The notes: generated by a model not told the origin, from the sequence alone. A stretch of DNA of 63,444 nt, filler included, from Rhabdomonas costata (GCA_019059605.1; 39 parts of 39 records of this genome joined end to end with filler, not necessarily neighbours in it); one strand, 5' to 3'; positions 24,904 to 37,097 are shown, counted from the first letter of the whole stretch. Program-made: numbers and translations.

Positions 24904-25206
24904 CCCAAGAGTCTGAAGTGTCGTTCCTGACATTGTTTCCTTGTGTATGGAGCTAACTGGGGTTTCGTGTGAAACCACTGTTAGCGGTTACCCATGTCCC
25001 ACGCCACTATTCCCTCTCGGCGCACAGTCCCACTTTCATTCTCGTGCTTTTTGGTGCACCACACTCCGCATATGTGCTCTTACTGCACTTACAGATATGT
25101 TTTTGGCATCCTACTGAACGGTTAGCACTGCTTCCCAAGAGTCGGAAGTTTCGTTCCTGACAACGTTTCCTTTTGTATGGAGCTAACTGGGGTTTAGTGA
25201 GAAACT
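24904..25206 (+). repeat. Two imperfect direct repeats of about 72 bp with ~230-bp spacing
   Basis: cccaagagtcKgaagtKtcgttcctgaca...tgtatggagctaactggggttt...gaaac occurs at about 24904-24976 and 25134-25206. Confidence 0.85.
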
Positions 25207-25866
25207 ACATTTCTGCCAACCAGTTAGGCTTTTTTCCATGTTTGAACCTCTCATTTCACTTGCACAGGACACTCCCACGTTTTCCCCACTTCCATGGTTG
25301 ATGTTTTGCGCACCCTTTCCTATGATTCCTCTGCTTTTTCCTCTGCTTTTTTGTTTCGCGGACCATTAGACAATCTGTTTTTATGCGCAACTTCATGTCT
25401 GAGTGATTTGTGGCGCATGTCGTGTGACACATTGTGTTTGCCTGAAGGTAGCGTTGTTTCATTACACGTCGGAGTGTGCATGTTTTTAACCACAATATTG
25501 AGTCAATGATGCTACTAACCTAGAAAGTTACGAACGAAAGCTTTTAAAACACGTTTTATAGAGTTTCCGTTGTGTTGTTGGAAAAAAGAACAAAACTCAT
25601 TCACACGGTAATAAAGTTTGACATCAACGTTACGGTTCTACAAGTCCTACCTTGACCACAGGAAGCTGCGAGTAAAATTTCAGTTGTGGAGTCGTGAATG
25701 GTGACTACCTTTCTGTGCAACTGTGTAATCAACTTTCACTGTGCAAGTCTATATTACGGTCATTCAACGTCAAGCAGATGAATTATGCGTCACGTGGTGT
25801 TTCAGATATTCTTAAAGCTTACAAACGTGGCAATTTTCTACAATGTCTCTCGCCTAATGATGTAAC

Positions 25867-25994
25867 GTTTTGGCCAGGTATCAGTGTGATTTTGGATTGT
25901 AGTCGGAGACTGTTATTAAAACTTCTCCTACAGGGTGCATGATTAATGACTACTCAGACCACAATCCAAAATCACACTGATACCTGACCAAAAC
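25867..25994. repeat. ~40-bp inverted repeat at contig end
   Basis: caggtatcagtgtgattttggattgt pairs with acaatccaaaatcacactgatacctg; the inner and outer flanks are imperfect. Confidence 0.9.
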
Positions 25995-26788
25995 CCNNNN
26001 NNNNNNNNNNNNNNNNNNNNNNNNNNNNNNNNNNNNNNNNTTAATTAATTAANNNNNNNNNNNNNNNNNNNNNNNNNNNNNNNNNNNNNNNNNNNNGGGT
26101 GGGGTGTGTGTTTGGGTTTGGGGTGGTGGGCTGAGGCCCCCGATCCTCGCTGACAGCGCGACGCGGGCCTGCATGGAGCGCCGCTACACCTTCCGCAGTG
26201 CCGCGATCTGTCCCGTCCTTGGCCAGCAAAAGTATGCTGCTGTTGCCTTTTAACGGGGTGGAGCTATGGGAAGCGCCGACCATAACTGTGGACATCACAC
26301 AGATGTTGTTTCCACCGTGACGCGGCGGTATTTCCAGTATTTCCATACAAATGGGGCATCTAGCCGGGCGATGGGGGCAGGGGCTCTGATTCCGGTTACA
26401 AAGTCACAAGTCAATACCTTCGACAGTCTTCCACGTTGTTTGGCTGGGTTAGGCAGCTATCGAATTGGGTATAAGCATTTCCTGGCTCTGTTCGTCTGTG
26501 TGTGTGATAGCTGCATTAAGGTTTTCCAAGAACCTCCGCCCAGAGGGGTGATTCGCACCCCCGAGAAGCGGTCATGCAGCGGAAGAGCGTTTGAAATCCC
26601 GCTGTGGTGGCAGAAAAGACCTCCACCAAAACAATGCCCTTTGCACGTAGTGTGCCTGTGTGTTCCTGTGCTTACCGTGGCAGCAGAGTGCTGTACCAGC
26701 TTCTCCCGTACAGCGGGGGAAGCGCTGGGAAAGCCCCGCGGGCGCGCTCCCCCGCCCCACCTGGGCTGTTCCGACGCTCCTTGAGCAG

Positions 26789-27625
26789 CTGCTTTGAGTC
26801 CGAAGAGTCCCCTCGGCACTCCGCCGTGCCCCTTGTGGCCACCCACGAGACCTACGAGCAGGCGTTCCAGGTTCGTAGGAGGGGGCGGAGGAAGAGAGAG
26901 GGAACGAGGCCGCGCATGCGGTTATGAGCATAACCGAACCATAAGTATCCACAATAGGTGTACGAGAATTCTTTCACCGCAATGCCGTGATGCTGCACCT
27001 GTAAAAAAGTGTACGAATGTGTGGTTCAGACACAAAGATAAAGGTGATGAACCCAATTGAGAGGCAACTTGCTCCCGCGGCCAATGCTGAGCATTTTATC
27101 TATCATCTGTCATCTTTTTCATCTTTAAAGGGACCCCCCAAGATCTGACTCTCGTGCCAGAGTAGGGGCATATGGGCGTATGAGTAGTAGGGGCGTATGA
27201 GGAAACACTCCACCTTTCACGTGTTTATCCTTTGTTTTTGTCCCATCTTCCCTCTCTCCTCTGCAGCTCTTCCTAATGGGGGACCTCCCGCAAGCCCACT
27301 CGCTGGCCCAGGCCTTCGCCTCTCAGCACCCAACAGATGAGCTCGGCTGCTACCTGCTCAGTCACATTGACCGGGCCATGGCATCCGAGCCCTCGCCGAC
27401 AGTCACCACCACAGCCTCCTCCATCTGCCCTTCTCCGGTGCGTTGGGATGGGACTAGAATTTCGGCCGGGTCCCCAAGCCTTGGCTTGCCCCGAGGGACC
27501 CTTCGACGGCGTTGCTCCAGCTCTGGCTCGGCCGCCGCCATGGCGACTGTCTCTCCGGCAACAGTGATGAGCTGCTCCCCAACGCCATCGGTTCCCCGAG
27601 TCGATAGTGGGGCCTACCCCACAAA
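26789..27625 (+). CDS. Helical TPR-like segment resembling the tail that follows class III nucleotide cyclase domains, plus a Ser/Pro-rich region (partial, 2 exons)
   Basis: Exons 26789-26870 and 27267-end encode CFESE...THETYEQAFQLFLMGDLPQAHSLAQAFASQHPTDELGCYLLSHI. The cyclase association is inferred from the YxxAxxLxxxGDxxxA...PxD...YL pattern. Confidence 0.45.
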
Positions 27626-27725
27626 NNNNNNNNNNNNNNNNNNNNNNNNNNNNNNNNNNNNNNNNNNNNTTAATTAATTAANNNNNNNNNNNNNNNNNNN
27701 NNNNNNNNNNNNNNNNNNNNNNNNN

Positions 27726-29026
27726 TGTTGGGGTTGTACGCAGGATGTGTGGTTGCCTCGCAGCGCACCCTTGTGCTGCGGGACCCCCTGTATTCGGGAA
27801 GTTCTGTGGAGGAGCCCACGTCGGTGGTGCTTCGGCTGGCACCCTCTTTCCTAAGATTCGGCAGCTTTGAGGTGGCCCGCCCGGAGCACCCCACCACGGG
27901 ACGGGCTGGCCCGTCCGCTGGGAAGGTGTGCTCCAGGCAGTGGGGGCGCATTTTCTTACAAACTTGAGCGTGTCTGCGCGTAATTCTTAATCCGCCTTCT
28001 CCTCTTTTTGTGGCTCATTCTCTTGACGATGGGAATGGCTTTTTGCGACTCCAGATAATAAATGAAAATAATCGTGGGTTGGTGGACGTATGTTGCAGGA
28101 GGAGCTTGTGAAGCAGCTGTTGGATTACGTAGTTGAGAGGTTCTACCCAGACCTCGACGAGTCCGACCCTTCGCAGCGCTACCTCCATGTATACGGAGAC
28201 ATTGTGCAGCGCACCGCGCAGCTGGTTGCGCAGTGGTAAGATGCCCTCACCCTGCCCCCCGACTCCTTCGCTCTCTGCACCTTCGCACTTGTCGCGCACC
28301 AGCGCTTTCCGTCCCTCACCCCTCCTGCCAACCGTTCCGAGGCTCCGGAACCAGCGAACGGTTGCGAGCTGTTTCAATTACGCTCTTTATGCTGATTCCT
28401 GATACGGTCGTCGAAACAGAGCAACCAACAACATGGCTGGACCCTCACGCTTCACTGTGGTGCTGAGATGGTTCATCCCCACTCTCACCCAATGCAAGGC
28501 TCCCTTTGTCCCGTCCGGCCGTTGCCTTAGCGGCAGATCTTGTGGCTCTGGGCTCGATGCTGAGATGATTCTTTGGCTTCCCTATTTCAAAGGATGCTTT
28601 TGCACTCCCATCGTTTTTGTTTTGTGTTCTGGTCTTTTGCTTTTCAATGCTTGCTGTTTGCCTGCCCCATGGTCACAGACACGTACGCAAGCCCACAAAA
28701 ACACAAACGCGAACGCCCACGCCCCTCGCCCACGCCCCTGCCAACCTCCTGTGCCTACACCTGCATATCCCTTTTTCTTCTGCACCGCTGTTCTGTGTTC
28801 TTGAACTTTCCATCATCTTCTGTTCTTCTTTTCCAAGGATGTGCGTAGGGTTCGTCCATGGGGTGCTCAACACGGACAACATGAGCATCCGTGGGCTCAC
28901 CTTTGATTTCGGACCCTTTGAGTTCATGGAGTATTACGATCCCAAGCATGTCAGCAATCTCTCGGACAAGCAGGGCCTGTACTGTTACGAGAACCAGCCG
29001 CAGATCTGCCGCTGGAACTTGCTCCG
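27726..29026 (+). CDS. SELENOO: SelO/YdiU (UPF0061) protein adenylyltransferase (partial, 3 exons)
   Basis: Exons to 27925, 28099-28235 and 28838-29026 encode VLRDPLYSG...[16 protein letters not shown]...[11 protein letters not shown]...[35 protein letters not shown]...[12 protein letters not shown]. Confidence 0.96.
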
Positions 29027-29899
29027 GTGAGCAAATTGCATTATTATTACTCATTACTTTTTGCGGTAGCTACGGTTAAAGCCTTTTCCTAGGTATCCTC
29101 GGCGCCAAAATGAACCCCCCAAAAAGCAACTTCCTCGGTGAAAGCAGAGGTGCACAAGAAACTTGTTGCGATAGCGACAAGTGCGAAGTGTGGCAGAGAG
29201 CTAATCTTCAGTGGGTACAGTCTGGTTAGCAGCTTCCTCTCACCCCTTTCCCCCNNNNNNNNNNNNNNNNNNNNNNNNNNNNNNNNNNNNNNNNNNNNTT
29301 AATTAATTAANNNNNNNNNNNNNNNNNNNNNNNNNNNNNNNNNNNNNNNNNNNNGGGGGATTAAGGTGCTGGGGGTTGGGATTTTATTTCAGCTTTTTTT
29401 GTCCTATGTGGCCTGGAGAAGAATTAGCTGTCCCCTTCCAGTCAACAAAGCCGTGCCATTTAGCTCCGTGTCATTTCAGAAGTAAGTGGTCGGTTCAAGT
29501 TAGGAATTCGATGCACACTTGAAATCCACTTAAAATTCTTTTTCTTTTCTTTTTCTCCGAAAGTACTGCTGGCTAACATGTGAGCAGTAATAGTTTAGGG
29601 ACCGCACACGTGTGTTCCGGGCGGAAAGGGCGGTGACGTTGCCTGGGGGTAATTTACGAGTCTCCGGTACCTTTGCTCGGATCGGTCTTTCATAACATTT
29701 TAGCCTTGCAGTCCCATTAGCCCATAAAAAGAAAGTTTGCGTGGACCACCAGTTTCATTCTTCACACCTCATCACATTTCTACACCTCCAATACCACTGG
29801 ACGGCATTTTTAAAGTTCCCATCCCATCGCATCTGCATCGCATTTCTTCTCCGGTCATCCACCCTCATCTCGTCATTCTGCGCGATTTTCTTCGCTCAG

Positions 29900-30335
29900 G
29901 GTGGTCCTCGCCTTTGAGGCAATGCACCTCCGAGTGCTCTCTGCACAAGATGAGGACCTTGGCGAGCCTCGGTGGAGGCAAGTTGAGGTGGACCTCGTCG
30001 ACGCCATCATCTCGGACGTCTGCATCCCCCCCCCTCCACACTCCACCGCAACCCACTCAACACCCCTCCTTCCCTGGTGCACTACCTTCCCCATCACCCT
30101 TCTCCTTCCCGCGGGCCCTTCCCTGAACTATAAGTGTTCAACGCGGTTGAGCGCGGCGCATTAATTTCACATCATGTCACTCAGAGGGGAGAGGTGCCTG
30201 TCGTTTCACCGATTTTTGGTTTCAAATCCTTTTGCTGGAAACCGAAGCTGTTTTGCACATGCTTAGGTGCGAAGGCAGCTGAAGGCGCTGCCGGTGAAGT
30301 CCAGCGAGGCGGACATCAAGCGGGTGCGGCAGCAG
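29900..30335 (+). CDS. Hypothetical protein, two exons
   Basis: GC-rich AG/GT-bounded exons 29900-30017 and 30267-30335 join in frame (VDLVDAIISD|VRRQLKALPVKSSEADIKRVRQQ). No family recognised. Confidence 0.55.
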
Positions 30336-31244
30336 GTGGCGCCCCCACAGTCGTCGCGTTTCCTTAAGTCCCTGTGGTATTGCCCGTTACCCCTGAAAAC
30401 TGAGAGGTTGATGAACGTTTTCAAAAGAAAAAAGGAGACACCTCGTATTTACAGAGGTTTGGAAGGTGGAAATTTTTGGTTTTCACCCTTGTTGTCTTGA
30501 TGAAATCCACCTGTGACAGTTTTGCTATGAATTGGGGTGGATGAATTGAGCGCTTTTTTTATCCCAGAAAAGCACCTGTGCTTCCGAGAATTCCCCATAT
30601 TTTGCTAACAGTCGTTGCTTTTAGGCAGTTAAAGGAAACTGTTCATTCGGATGTGCATCTTTTTTTGTAGTTTTGATTGTTTGATGTGGGAAAATCTCTG
30701 TTTTGAGATGAAACGGGCCATGTTTAGGAAATTTTTGCGATTCAAGTGTGCCACGCGCCACCAATGATGACGTTGTTGAGAAGCCGTTGAACCTGCCCAG
30801 CCCTTATGCTTGGGCACAATCTCAGGATTTGTTTCATTGAGTCAGGTGCTGAATTGAATAGCTTGATGAAAAGCCCCCCAACCNNNNNNNNNNNNNNNNN
30901 NNNNNNNNNNNNNNNNNNNNNNNNNNNTTAATTAATTAANNNNNNNNNNNNNNNNNNNNNNNNNNNNNNNNNNNNNNNNNNNNGGGGTGTGGGGTCCAAA
31001 GCCAGATCGCTGCCGCCGGGGTACTAGTTGCGGTTCAGCAGATCCGCGGGTCTCAGCTCAAGGTGTCGTGGCAGGCGTTGCTCCTTGTCAGCAGCGAGAC
31101 CAGCGAATGAACATATCTCGAACATGACGTCGCGCAGGAAAAGAGTGGCCCCGGCCGATAGCCCCGGACTTTTGGCAGACTACGGCATGTTGGCCAGGAG
31201 CATCTGCAGGGCAGTGGCACGCTGGCCTGCGTCTCGCTGTCCAG

Positions 31245-31584
31245 CCCGAGATTAAATTAGGATGGCCTCGAAACAAATCCGAAACACGCTGGATTACACC
31301 AGGGGTGCTAATTCTGTTTAAAAATGAACGGAGGGTAAAAAAGGCTTGGCGAACGTCAACAAACAGCATAAGACAGAAACATTGGAGCATACATTTGTGC
31401 CTTAAAATCCTTCATGATGCTCAGGAACTGATCGTAAACAGCAGGCTGCTCGGAAAAGGTCAATTTTACCTTTTCGAGATAAGCCAGAGCGTCCTCAACA
31501 CGGACTTGCTTAAAAGCGCCATTTTGGCCTGAGCAATCAACGCCTGGGTTTTGGGCAGCGTCGGTTTCAGAAACCTTCGACGAT
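31245..31584 (-). CDS. SIN3: Sin3-type paired amphipathic helix (PAH1) domain (partial; similarity stops abruptly)
   Basis: Exons 31584-31393 and 31313-~31245 (79-nt GT-AG intron) encode [61 protein letters not shown]. Confidence 0.88.
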
Positions 31585-31812
31585 CTAAGAAAAGAAATAA
31601 ATGAAACGGCCAAAAACGGAAAACAGCAAGGGCATTTCCACTTGAATCAGACCCACCCCGAGCATATAAAGCTTCTTTCTGATGTTTCGCCAAATAAAAT
31701 TTGCGGGCAAGTATTTCTCTTTTAGCTGTTTGGGGGGGGGGGGGTCCAAGTTGGTGGCGGTTGAAGGCAAACTCAAGAGTGCGGCAGACGATGGGCACAG
31801 AAGCAAGCATAC

Positions 31813-32301
31813 CTGTGCAGCACTCGGCCTGACTGCACGACAGAGAGGTGCAGAAAGTGCTGGCGCTGCTCGCGGTGTGGCCCGAGGGGCAGGTGACGGT
31901 GCTGCAGTTGGGGTTGGCTGTGACAGCACAGGTAATAAGGAACCAGAAGCACTTCCAAGTTCCGGAGCACACACAAGAGGTTCGAAGTTACCCACACATG
32001 CCGGTTTATCGTCATACCATACAATATCATACCGTACCATGCCCCAACACACCAATTTCGATCGATCCCTCACGGGCACCATTTCTCTGTGATTTTCCTG
32101 AAATTTCTCTTTAGGTTCGACCTCGAAACGAAATCAACACATGCTTAAGGCAATCCAGTATAGTTGCTCTGTAAAGTGGCCCCATCCAGACCAGAACACC
32201 TTTGCAGCACTGCGAGGTGTCACAGGTGGTGCAACCAGTGGAGGCGGCCTTGGCCGTGTGGGTCTTCGGGCAGGGGAAGTTGCTTCCACAGGTTGCCAAT
32301 A
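31813..32301 (-). CDS. Cys-rich repeat protein with one 6-Cys module per exon
   Basis: Exon 32301-32200 encodes LATCGSNFPCPKTHTAKAASTGCTTCDTSQCCK and exon 31917-31813 encodes ANPNCSTVTCPSGHTASSASTFCTSLSCSQAECCT. Both are phase 1-1. Confidence 0.75.
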
Positions 32302-32746
32302 CTATGAGAATTGAGTGCAGGAGGGAGAGAGAAAGCATATGTCAATTTTTTCCTGAGCTATGACCCTCATCTGCACCCCGACCGTCAAAGAGCTACCCCG
32401 AAAGAAACACCAGACCACTTTCTGCAACGATGTCCACATACAATAAGGGCGGCCAACCAATGCGCTGAAAAAAGTCCCGGCCCATTGCTCGCAACCCTGC
32501 ACCCAACCCAACNNNNNNNNNNNNNNNNNNNNNNNNNNNNNNNNNNNNNNNNNNNNTTAATTAATTAANNNNNNNNNNNNNNNNNNNNNNNNNNNNNNNN
32601 NNNNNNNNNNNNGGGTTGGTGTGGGGCGGACGAATGAAAACGAGGAATGAAAACGAGCCTCGCCAACGCGCCCCAACTGCTTATATACGACGGCATGAGG
32701 ATAAACAGATGTGGCATAAAGATCATGCACAGCACAGGCTTGCCAC

Positions 32747-33038
32747 CTTGCCAGGGGCTTCCTCCACCCCACGGAAGCTCAGGTTCAACGTGTCCGCGAC
32801 TCTCACGACGGTCTGCAGCACGCAGTCATGCACGACGGCCTGCAGGGCGCGCGGAGGGGAGGTCTGGCCCTCTCCGCCAAACCCATGCTCCGCCCATGGC
32901 CACTTCTGGGAGAGATCCTCCCACGGCCGCAGGGCCAAAAGGTGCTGCCAAAGCCCGAAGTATTCCTGGGACACCCCGGAGGCATGGCCACCTCCCACAC
33001 CCCCTTCTTCGGCAGCGTCCTCTGTGAGGGAAGCACCA
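32747..33038 (-). CDS. Possible DNA-PKcs N-HEAT region exon
   Basis: SQEYFGLWQHLL...LQAVVHDCVLQTVVRVADTLNLSFR resembles, from recall, DNA-PKcs YxDLFRHLL...LLYDEFVKSVLKIVEKLDL. GT donor at 32746; the acceptor is uncertain (33038 or 33062). Confidence 0.45.
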
Positions 33039-35870
33039 CTGCCGCCGAAATGCCAAATGAAGCTGACTCTCCATCTGCATCTCCCCTCTCTCTTGACTTG
33101 TTCACTTCTTGACCTCTTTGTAAAGATGTGTGGCTTGACGCACCTCACTCTGTTATGCAAAACTTTTCTGGCCTTTCGTCATTGTAACTAAATTGGCTAC
33201 ACTGCCTTAGTACAACCTGTCATACTGAACTTCGCGATTACAATCCATCCAAACAAATCAGTGACTCTCCATACCATTTGACTACTACTTCACAGACGAA
33301 TGCAAACAGTTTTAATCTCCCGATACCCAGACTCACAAATCGCACTTGGCATCCCCACCAAGTTTTGAGAGCACCTTGCAAAGCGCTGCGCAAAGTCATT
33401 CTGTATATTCTCCACCATTTCTCGGAAACTCTCGCAAACTGAGGCGCACGACTTGTTTTTACGCGGCGAGGGAAAGCTTGCGGGGGCAGAACAAAAACCT
33501 ACCAAAGGAAGCAAACAAAGGGTACCAAGGGAAAGGCTCGAGGTGGAGATGCTGAGGGTAATGCCCTTATACACAATCTGAGAGAACAGCCCCCCTAACC
33601 AATAAAACGGCGTTGACTGGATATTTCCAACACTCACATCAGATGCCAGCACTCAGTGGGAGAGTGTTCAGATTAGTTTGGGCGAAGAGGAAGGAGCGCA
33701 ATGTTCCATTCCTGGTGTCGACAGTGCCTACACTGTGTGGATGAGAGTCATGCCGTGGACAGTGAAGGGGCACAGACCTGAGGCAAAACCCGATCCAAGG
33801 CCTCAGGGTGAAGGTACAACGCGGCAATCAGCTGAACGAGGCTGTCACAGCTCGCCAGCCTGGTCTTTGGAAAGAAGAACGGCTTCGGAAACACCTGCGC
33901 GGTGAGCAGCAAACACTTATCCAAAGGGTGCGTCCATCACATCCGAGTTCACCGTTGACGATCTCAGTTAGACGTTTACGACTTTCTTCGAAGGGTCTGG
34001 GGAAACTGAAGGTCTTCGCTCGCACTATCAGAATCGAGGGAGCCCTAGTCAACAAGAAACAGTCGGGGCCATTCCGACCCTTAAGTTGTGGATCACACTG
34101 CCCTCCCTCCCGACACTGTATTACATTATCACCAACAAACCNNNNNNNNNNNNNNNNNNNNNNNNNNNNNNNNNNNNNNNNNNNNTTAATTAATTAANNN
34201 NNNNNNNNNNNNNNNNNNNNNNNNNNNNNNNNNNNNNNNNNGTTTTTTTTGTGGGTGAATAGTACAACTTGCACAACTTTCTTAGGGTTAGGTAGCGATG
34301 CTTCCTTCCTCTTTTTAGCGATGTTTTCTTCCAGTGACTACTTCTTGACTTCCGCCTTTATCTTGTGGCCCTATATAGGAAAACATGTTATTGCACGAGC
34401 AAATGCGCCACAAGCATTGGTGTACCGCGGGAGTGAACGTGTGCCCGCAGGGAGGGATGGGGGATGGAATCCAGTGAGTAGGTGTGGGGATCGTGTAAAC
34501 ACTATAAAGCTTGGCAGATTGCGACGAGAGAGGACTCGGGCTTGGTTTGTTAGCGGCCCCACCTTATCGCGGTGATATAACGATTTTATCTTATTTTCCC
34601 TTTAAAAACATTGTTTATCGCCGCTATAAAAAATTCCCAAATTTTTATAGCGACGAAGTGAAAATTTTAATGAAAAATATCATAGCATTGCAAAAAAAAT
34701 GTGCTTCCAGAGTAAAAAGGCCATTTAACAACCTTAACCGGAGGACTCCATAGGGGGCGGGGGTCTGGTTACAGGACTGGACAGGACAGGGGACAGGACT
34801 GGTGACAGGAGCGGAAGACCATACGCATATCAACAGGGTTGAAGGTCGCCGCGAGTCGGGAAGTAAAAAGTGCGTAGTCATGAGCAGTGGGTCATTTTTG
34901 ATTCTTTTGACCGTTTGCCTGCACAACAGAAACCCAACTCTTTGTATAACTGTCTCACAGGTTGTCGCGACCTGTTGACGTTGTGCGTTTTGTAATCTTT
35001 TTTTTGTGAGTTGGCAACCGCCTTCTCGCAGCCAACCCTGAATGAGGAAGGCTGAAAGGAAAGGATAAACGCGTGTTGAGCCATGTGGGAGTGCTCAACC
35101 AATGAGACCAAGCGAAACCAAAGCTGCCGAAGTGTGCAACCGACAAAGGAGAGATTGCGGAGACTCCCACCCCAAACAATGTCCTGCGCAGGAAACAGGA
35201 TGGACTTTTCGTTTTCCGGCAGGATTGACACCAGTAGCTCGATCCCAGCCGTCAAAAATGCAGCAATGAATGTGTACAAGGAGAGTGTCGTCGATTGAAC
35301 TGCAAGCAGAGAGCTGGAAATATTTGTAGAGGGGCGAGAATTGTTTCTTATGGACTGGGCAAGGAGAGGACTCCAACTCCAGTCGAAAGGAACACGGTGA
35401 GATCCAAAGATGCCCTGATCCGGCCGAGAGAGGAAAGTACCCAAGTGTAGTGGAGAGCTGGGGAATGAAGGCGACCGGAAACAGTTTCGGATGTCACAGG
35501 ATGCCATTCACTGTCTGCGCTGTTGCCCAACTCTGTTGCGCAGCTGCGTTCGGATTCGGGAGCATTTTCTTTGCTTTCACTCATAGGGAGACCGCGCAGC
35601 GGAGAAGGTCCTCCTGGACATAACCTCCGGAGAATTTCCAAAGAAGTAGAGCATCGCCACGTTGCTTGAGTCCCCCTCCCCTCCTCCCGCCCCCAGTGCC
35701 AGAGCTCAAAGTGGTTCCAGAAGGTCAAAAATGCCACACCACCCTACTTCACTGTTATGCCAACACACCCNNNNNNNNNNNNNNNNNNNNNNNNNNNNNN
35801 NNNNNNNNNNNNNNTTAATTAATTAANNNNNNNNNNNNNNNNNNNNNNNNNNNNNNNNNNNNNNNNNNNN

Positions 35871-37097
35871 GGTGGGGGGGGGAGCAGGTCGGAGTCCTCG
35901 TCGGAGCCGTGCCGGGCAATGATGAACAGCATCGAGCCCAAGCCCTTGATCGGCACCCGGTCGCTGCCTGTGGCGAACTTCAGGAACTTCCTCCTGAGGA
36001 TATTTGTTGGTTCAGAGGAACTGAAAGCAGAATCAGACAAAGAAAACCGCACCCACGCGAGGCTGTCCCGGAAGCCCTCAACCAGGCGAGCAAGTGCCAA
36101 CTGTCGCTTCCGGCTTATCTGCCTGACAGGAGACAGATTTATTCGTGGGAGACATAGATAATGCCCCATGCACTTGGTGCACCTGGCCAGGGTGAATTTT
36201 TTCTGACGATTCTTGGTATATTTCCCCCTTGGGCTCCCACCTTTCGACGGGGCATGGGCTCATCGAATTTCACACGGCTGTCGGCCCACGGTGCCTTGTC
36301 CCTCTCTTTGGTCACGTAGGATTGGTTTACCCATGTGACACACACACACAGACAAAATCCCGAGCAGGTGCAGCTGTTCCCACTGTTCTCATATCATTAT
36401 CACTCAGGGAGCACAGCCATTCTAGGCTCGCCAGTTCAGTGAACAAAACGCTGGTATGCCTCTCCTCCTCAGTCATCTGATGGACGGTCTGCCAGAAGCT
36501 CCGCACCACGGGGCTGTCCTTGCTGTAGCCATCGTACCGGCATTCCTTCTCCAGGCTGTGGAAGTCCAAATCGGGGCTTCCACAGATCAGCAGCTCCAGC
36601 TCTTCTGGGCCAAACACCGCCAGGATTTCGCCTCCGCAAACCTAAGATGCCCAACCCCATCCTGCCTGCTGTGGGGAGCCAGGACCTGAGGAGCGGTCAA
36701 AGAAACTGCCTTGCCTCCGTACCGGAGAGTACAGGACAGTCATATGTTTGTGGGTCCATGATGTCTCCGCAAGGCAATACCCAGTCGAGTGGGAACGGCG
36801 GCGTGAACGTTACGATCTAATGACGTCAACGGCCATATCTGTAAAGCCATAATATAAAGCGCCAAAGCTCCCAGCATCACACCTTCCGAATATTCCCGAT
36901 GTGAGTTGGACCAAGGCTCTCTATGTAGCTCTGCAACTAAGCAACGCATACACCACCCCACCTACGTGAACCCTCCCCAAAAAACCCAGAGTGGAAAAAC
37001 CTTAACCACAGACCTCCAGGAAGCCCCTGTTGAAGGCCTCAAATTGACTCTGTATGGAATCCTCCAGGAGGTACTTCACGTAGAGATGCACGTACTC
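35871..37097 (-). CDS. HECT-domain E3 ubiquitin ligase, HERC/UBE3A-like C-lobe region (partial, 3 exons)
   Basis: Exons 37097-37014, 36641-36460 and 35993-contig end encode EYVHLYVKYLL...QFEAFNRGFLEVCGG...FGPEELELLICGS...YDGYSKDSPVVRSFW...RRKFLKFATGSDRVPIKGL. Confidence 0.94.

Noticed and set aside
27726-29026. Selenocysteine recoding in SelO
   Set aside because: The C-terminal Sec/Cys position and the 3' UTR are outside the contig, and the TGA at 29028-29030 is part of the GTGAGC donor.
34878-35737. Overlapping 209-aa and 129-aa minus-strand ORFs
   Set aside because: No recognisable domain or consistent splice structure, so a call cannot be supported.
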